From an uncultured Alphaproteobacteria bacterium (GTDB lineage Bacteria > Pseudomonadota > Alphaproteobacteria > HIMB59 > GCA-002718135): a stretch of DNA of 64,000 nt. The position numbers and the translations under genes are program-made. Shown here piece by piece: positions 61,276 through 64,000 of the stretch (position 1 is its first letter; every line of letters begins with the position of its first letter). The stretch lies in contig CACILT010000006.1 in NCBI GenBank assembly GCA_902587565.1, positions 821-64,820 of the forward strand, in the 5' to 3' direction. The notes beneath the pieces were generated by a model. The model made no database searches. It had not been told where the DNA came from and saw only the letters and a list, made by a program, of their open reading frames with translations.

Positions 61276-62379
61276 ATGATAATTATATTAACACAATGTT
61301 TTCCATCAAGAGTTGGAGGGATAGAAACACTAATGTACAATATAGCATTGCACCTTAGTCGTTCTAAAGATGTAATTGTATTAGCAGATCAACAAAATTT
61401 TAAGGAAGATAATATTTTTGATCAAAATGAAATAAATTTTTCTACAAAAAGATTTCGAGGTATAAAGTTTTTCAGAAATAGAAAAAAGTTTAATGAACTT
61501 AAAAAAATACATGGTTTATCAAAAATTGATGCAGTAATTAGTGATAGTTGGAAAAGTCTTGAAGTAACAATAGATTTTCTTAAAAAAAATAAAATACCAG
61601 TTATCAGCTTAGCTCATGGTAATGAAATAATAATTAAAAATGATAAGCATCATAAACGTGTAAAAAAAATATTAGAATATGCAAATGCAATAGTAGTAAA
61701 TTCAAACTACACAAAAAATTTACTAAATAAAATAAGTAATAATTTTAAAAATGTTAAAATAATATACCCAGGTATTAATATTAAAAAAAATTATATTGAA
61801 GAAAATATAAGTTTAAATCAAGGTTCGCCAAAATTACTTACTCTTGCAAGACTTGAAAAGAGAAAAGGTCATGCTTTAATTTTAAAATCTATAATGAACT
61901 TAAAAAAATATTTTCCTGATATTCAATACATAATTGCAGGTGAGGGTGAGGAACTAGATAGTATTAAAAATAAAATTAAAGAATACAATCTTCAAGATAA
62001 TGTAAATTTAGTTGGTACCGTTAACGAAAATCAAAAAAATTATATATTCTCTAATACTGATGTAATGATCATGCCAACCCTAGATGAGAGTTCAGCGAAA
62101 TCAATTGAAGGATTTGGTATAGCCTACATAGAAGCAGCAAATTTCAAAATACCCTCAATAGCATCTAATATAGGTGGTACTCCTGAAGCAGTAATTCACA
62201 ATAAAACAGGCTTAATAATAAAAGATATTGAAGAATTAGATGAAGCAATAAAAAGCTTAATAGATAATAAAGAAAACAGATTAAAACTTGGTCAAAATGC
62301 TAAAATTAGAGCAGAAAATGAACTTAACTGGGATATTCAAATCAAAAAATACAATGATTTAATTAAAGAAATTCAATGA
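61276..62379 (+). CDS. Glycosyltransferase family 4 (group 1)
   Basis: N-terminal FPSRVGGIETL and C-terminal IEGFGIAYIEAANFKIP (E-x7-E). 367 aa. Confidence 0.8.
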   Translation: MIIILTQCFPSRVGGIETLMYNIALHLSRSKDVIVLADQQNFKEDNIFDQNEINFSTKRFRGIKFFRNRKKFNELKKIHGLSKIDAVISDSWKSLEVTIDFLKKNKIPVISLAHGNEIIIKNDKHHKRVKKILEYANAIVVNSNYTKNLLNKISNNFKNVKIIYPGINIKKNYIEENISLNQGSPKLLTLARLEKRKGHALILKSIMNLKKYFPDIQYIIAGEGEELDSIKNKIKEYNLQDNVNLVGTVNENQKNYIFSNTDVMIMPTLDESSAKSIEGFGIAYIEAANFKIPSIASNIGGTPEAVIHNKTGLIIKDIEELDEAIKSLIDNKENRLKLGQNAKIRAENELNWDIQIKKYNDLIKEIQ

Positions 62380-63308
62380 CAATATTATTTCATAATACAA
62401 CATTTGATAAAATAGATGTTTGGAAAAAAACAATAAAAAAATATTTTAAAAACGAAAAAATAATTTCTATAAAAGATTATAAAAAATTTAATGATGTAAA
62501 CTGTGCTATAATTTGGAATCTACCAGATGATATTCTTTCAAGACTAAAAAATCTTAAAGTTATTTTTTCTATGGGTGCTGGTGTAGATCACATTTTAAAA
62601 CTAAAGAATTATAATAAGAAAATTCCTATAATCAGAATAAAAGATGAAGAAATGGGGGAGAGAATAGCTAATTATTCTCTAGCTCAAATACTAAATTATC
62701 AATTAAATTTTAAAATTTTTCAAAATTCTCAAAGTAAACATTACTGGTCTGGCGAAAGGACACCAATTGATAATAAAAATTTAACTGTAGGTATTTTAGG
62801 TCTAGGCTTCCTTGGTAATCATATTGCAAGATTACTAAATAAATTAAATTATAATGTTATTGCGTATAAAAAAAATCAAAAAAAAGTAAAAAATATAAAA
62901 ATATATACCGGTAAAAATATTATAAGTTTTATTAAAAGCTCTGATGTTATCGTGTCTATTTTACCATCAACACCTCAAACGAATAATATAATAGATAAAA
63001 AGTTTTTAAAGAATATGAAAAAAAATTCTTGCTTAATAAATATAGGTAGAGGTAATGTAATTGAAGAGAAAGACCTTTTAAATCATTTAAAGAAAAACAA
63101 AAATTTTTATGCTTATTTGGATGTCTTTAAAAATGAACCTTTAAAATCAAGTAGTCAATTTTGGAAATTACCAAATGTAACAATTACACCACATGTAGCA
63201 GGTGTAACCGCCATAGAGCCTTCTGTTAAATACATGCACTCCAAATATAAAAAACTAAGGAAAAATAAAAACGTAAAATCAGATGTTAATCCATCTAATG
63301 GATATTAA
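62376..63308 (+). CDS. D-isomer-specific 2-hydroxyacid dehydrogenase family protein (glyoxylate/hydroxypyruvate reductase-like)
   Basis: NAD motif GILGLGFLGNHIA, NIGRGNVIEEKDL, LDVFKNEPL and TPHVAG catalytic His region. 310 aa. Confidence 0.85.
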   Translation: MTILFHNTTFDKIDVWKKTIKKYFKNEKIISIKDYKKFNDVNCAIIWNLPDDILSRLKNLKVIFSMGAGVDHILKLKNYNKKIPIIRIKDEEMGERIANYSLAQILNYQLNFKIFQNSQSKHYWSGERTPIDNKNLTVGILGLGFLGNHIARLLNKLNYNVIAYKKNQKKVKNIKIYTGKNIISFIKSSDVIVSILPSTPQTNNIIDKKFLKNMKKNSCLINIGRGNVIEEKDLLNHLKKNKNFYAYLDVFKNEPLKSSSQFWKLPNVTITPHVAGVTAIEPSVKYMHSKYKKLRKNKNVKSDVNPSNGY

Positions 63309-64000
63309 TTGACATCAAAATAATTTTCTAAAATTCTAAAATAAATACTTTCTAGTTTAATAATATCTTCAACAAAAACAAATTCATCTACTTTATGAAG
63401 AGTTTGATTTCTTAGACCTAGCTCTACTACTTCACAATAGTTCTTTATATATCTTGCATCAGAAGTACCACCATCGGTTGCTTGTTCAGGCGGGCTATTT
63501 CTGCCTGTAACATCAGAAATTGATTTTGAAATAATATTATATAAATCACCGGCTTTATTCAAAAATGACTCAGCTGTTGCATCATATGTATAAGTGCAAC
63601 TAGCGTTTTCCAGTTTAGAGAAAATCTTTTCTATTTTATTATCAATCCATTTAATAAGTGAGTCAGATGAGTGCATATCATTAAATCTAATATTAACTGT
63701 TGCTTTAGCTAATTCTGGAATTACGTTTTGAACAGGATTGCCAATATCAATAGTAGCAATTTGAACTGATGTTGGTAAAAAATTTTCATTACCTTCATCT
63801 AGCGGCTCTTCTAATATACTATTTAATAAATTCACTAAGTGATGTGAAGAATTTTCAGCTAAATGAGAATTCGCCGTATGTCCTTGAATACCTTTTACCT
63901 GAAAAAAGAAACTAACTGATCCTCTTCTTCCAATTTTAACTTTATCGCCGACCTCATTTTTAGAAGTTGGTTCACCAACAAGACAATGATCAAATTTATA
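63305..64000 (-). CDS. dapE: Succinyl-diaminopimelate desuccinylase (M20 peptidase), C-terminal part (N-terminus lies beyond the window end)
   Basis: The frame stays open to nt 64000 and reads ...CLVGEPTSKNEVGDKVKIGRRGSVSFFFQVKGIQGHTANSHLAENS.... The C-terminus has GGTSDARY and the ...HKVDEFV motif. The track ORF starts at an internal Met only. Confidence 0.88.
   Translation of the reverse strand, partial: YKFDHCLVGEPTSKNEVGDKVKIGRRGSVSFFFQVKGIQGHTANSHLAENSSHHLVNLLNSILEEPLDEGNENFLPTSVQIATIDIGNPVQNVIPELAKATVNIRFNDMHSSDSLIKWIDNKIEKIFSKLENASCTYTYDATAESFLNKAGDLYNIISKSISDVTGRNSPPEQATDGGTSDARYIKNYCEVVELGLRNQTLHKVDEFVFVEDIIKLESIYFRILENYFDVN

Overview
This is a strongly AT-rich, extremely gene-dense chromosomal segment. 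I call about 64 protein-coding genes (two truncated by the window edges), one tRNA-Ser(GGA) and one SRP (4.5S) RNA. I found no rRNA, CRISPR array, transposase, integrase or prophage signature. Most genes are separated by fewer than 20 nt or overlap by 1-29 nt. Gene content and order are alphaproteobacterial: ahcY-metK, tsaE-amgK-murU-trxA, trpFBA-accD-folC, aroA-cmk-rpsA-ihfB, kdsD-lptCAB, gltD-gltB, infC-rpmI-rplT-pheST-lepA, ffs-dnaX-ybaB-recR, def-fmt-truA, and membrane-anchored cytochrome c. The streamlining and composition fit a Pelagibacterales (SAR11)-like genome, but that is an inference I cannot confirm without a database search. Almost everything is core housekeeping. The main non-housekeeping content is a co-directional cluster at about 54.4-61.3 kb. 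It reads Tat-signal solute-binding protein, creatininase-family hydrolase, unassignable 406-aa His-rich protein, MBL-fold hydrolase, two permeases, then a Gfo/Idh/MocA oxidoreductase, with no ATPase and no regulator. It is preceded by the only long non-coding spacer in the window, which carries a perfect palindrome and an unlisted 58-aa ORF. This is my best candidate for an uncharacterised uptake and catabolic module. Other points worth a look are a TPR/SAM-methyltransferase fusion abutting the yejABEF importer next to tRNA-Ser, two glycosyltransferase groups, an infC with no ATG or GTG start, a GC-rich hairpin in the infC-rpmI spacer, homologues of mitochondrial complex I accessory factors (NDUFA9-like, CIA30-like), and four convergent gene pairs with overlapping stop codons. 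All functional calls rest on motifs read by eye from the translations and on remembered synteny. No searches or computations were run.
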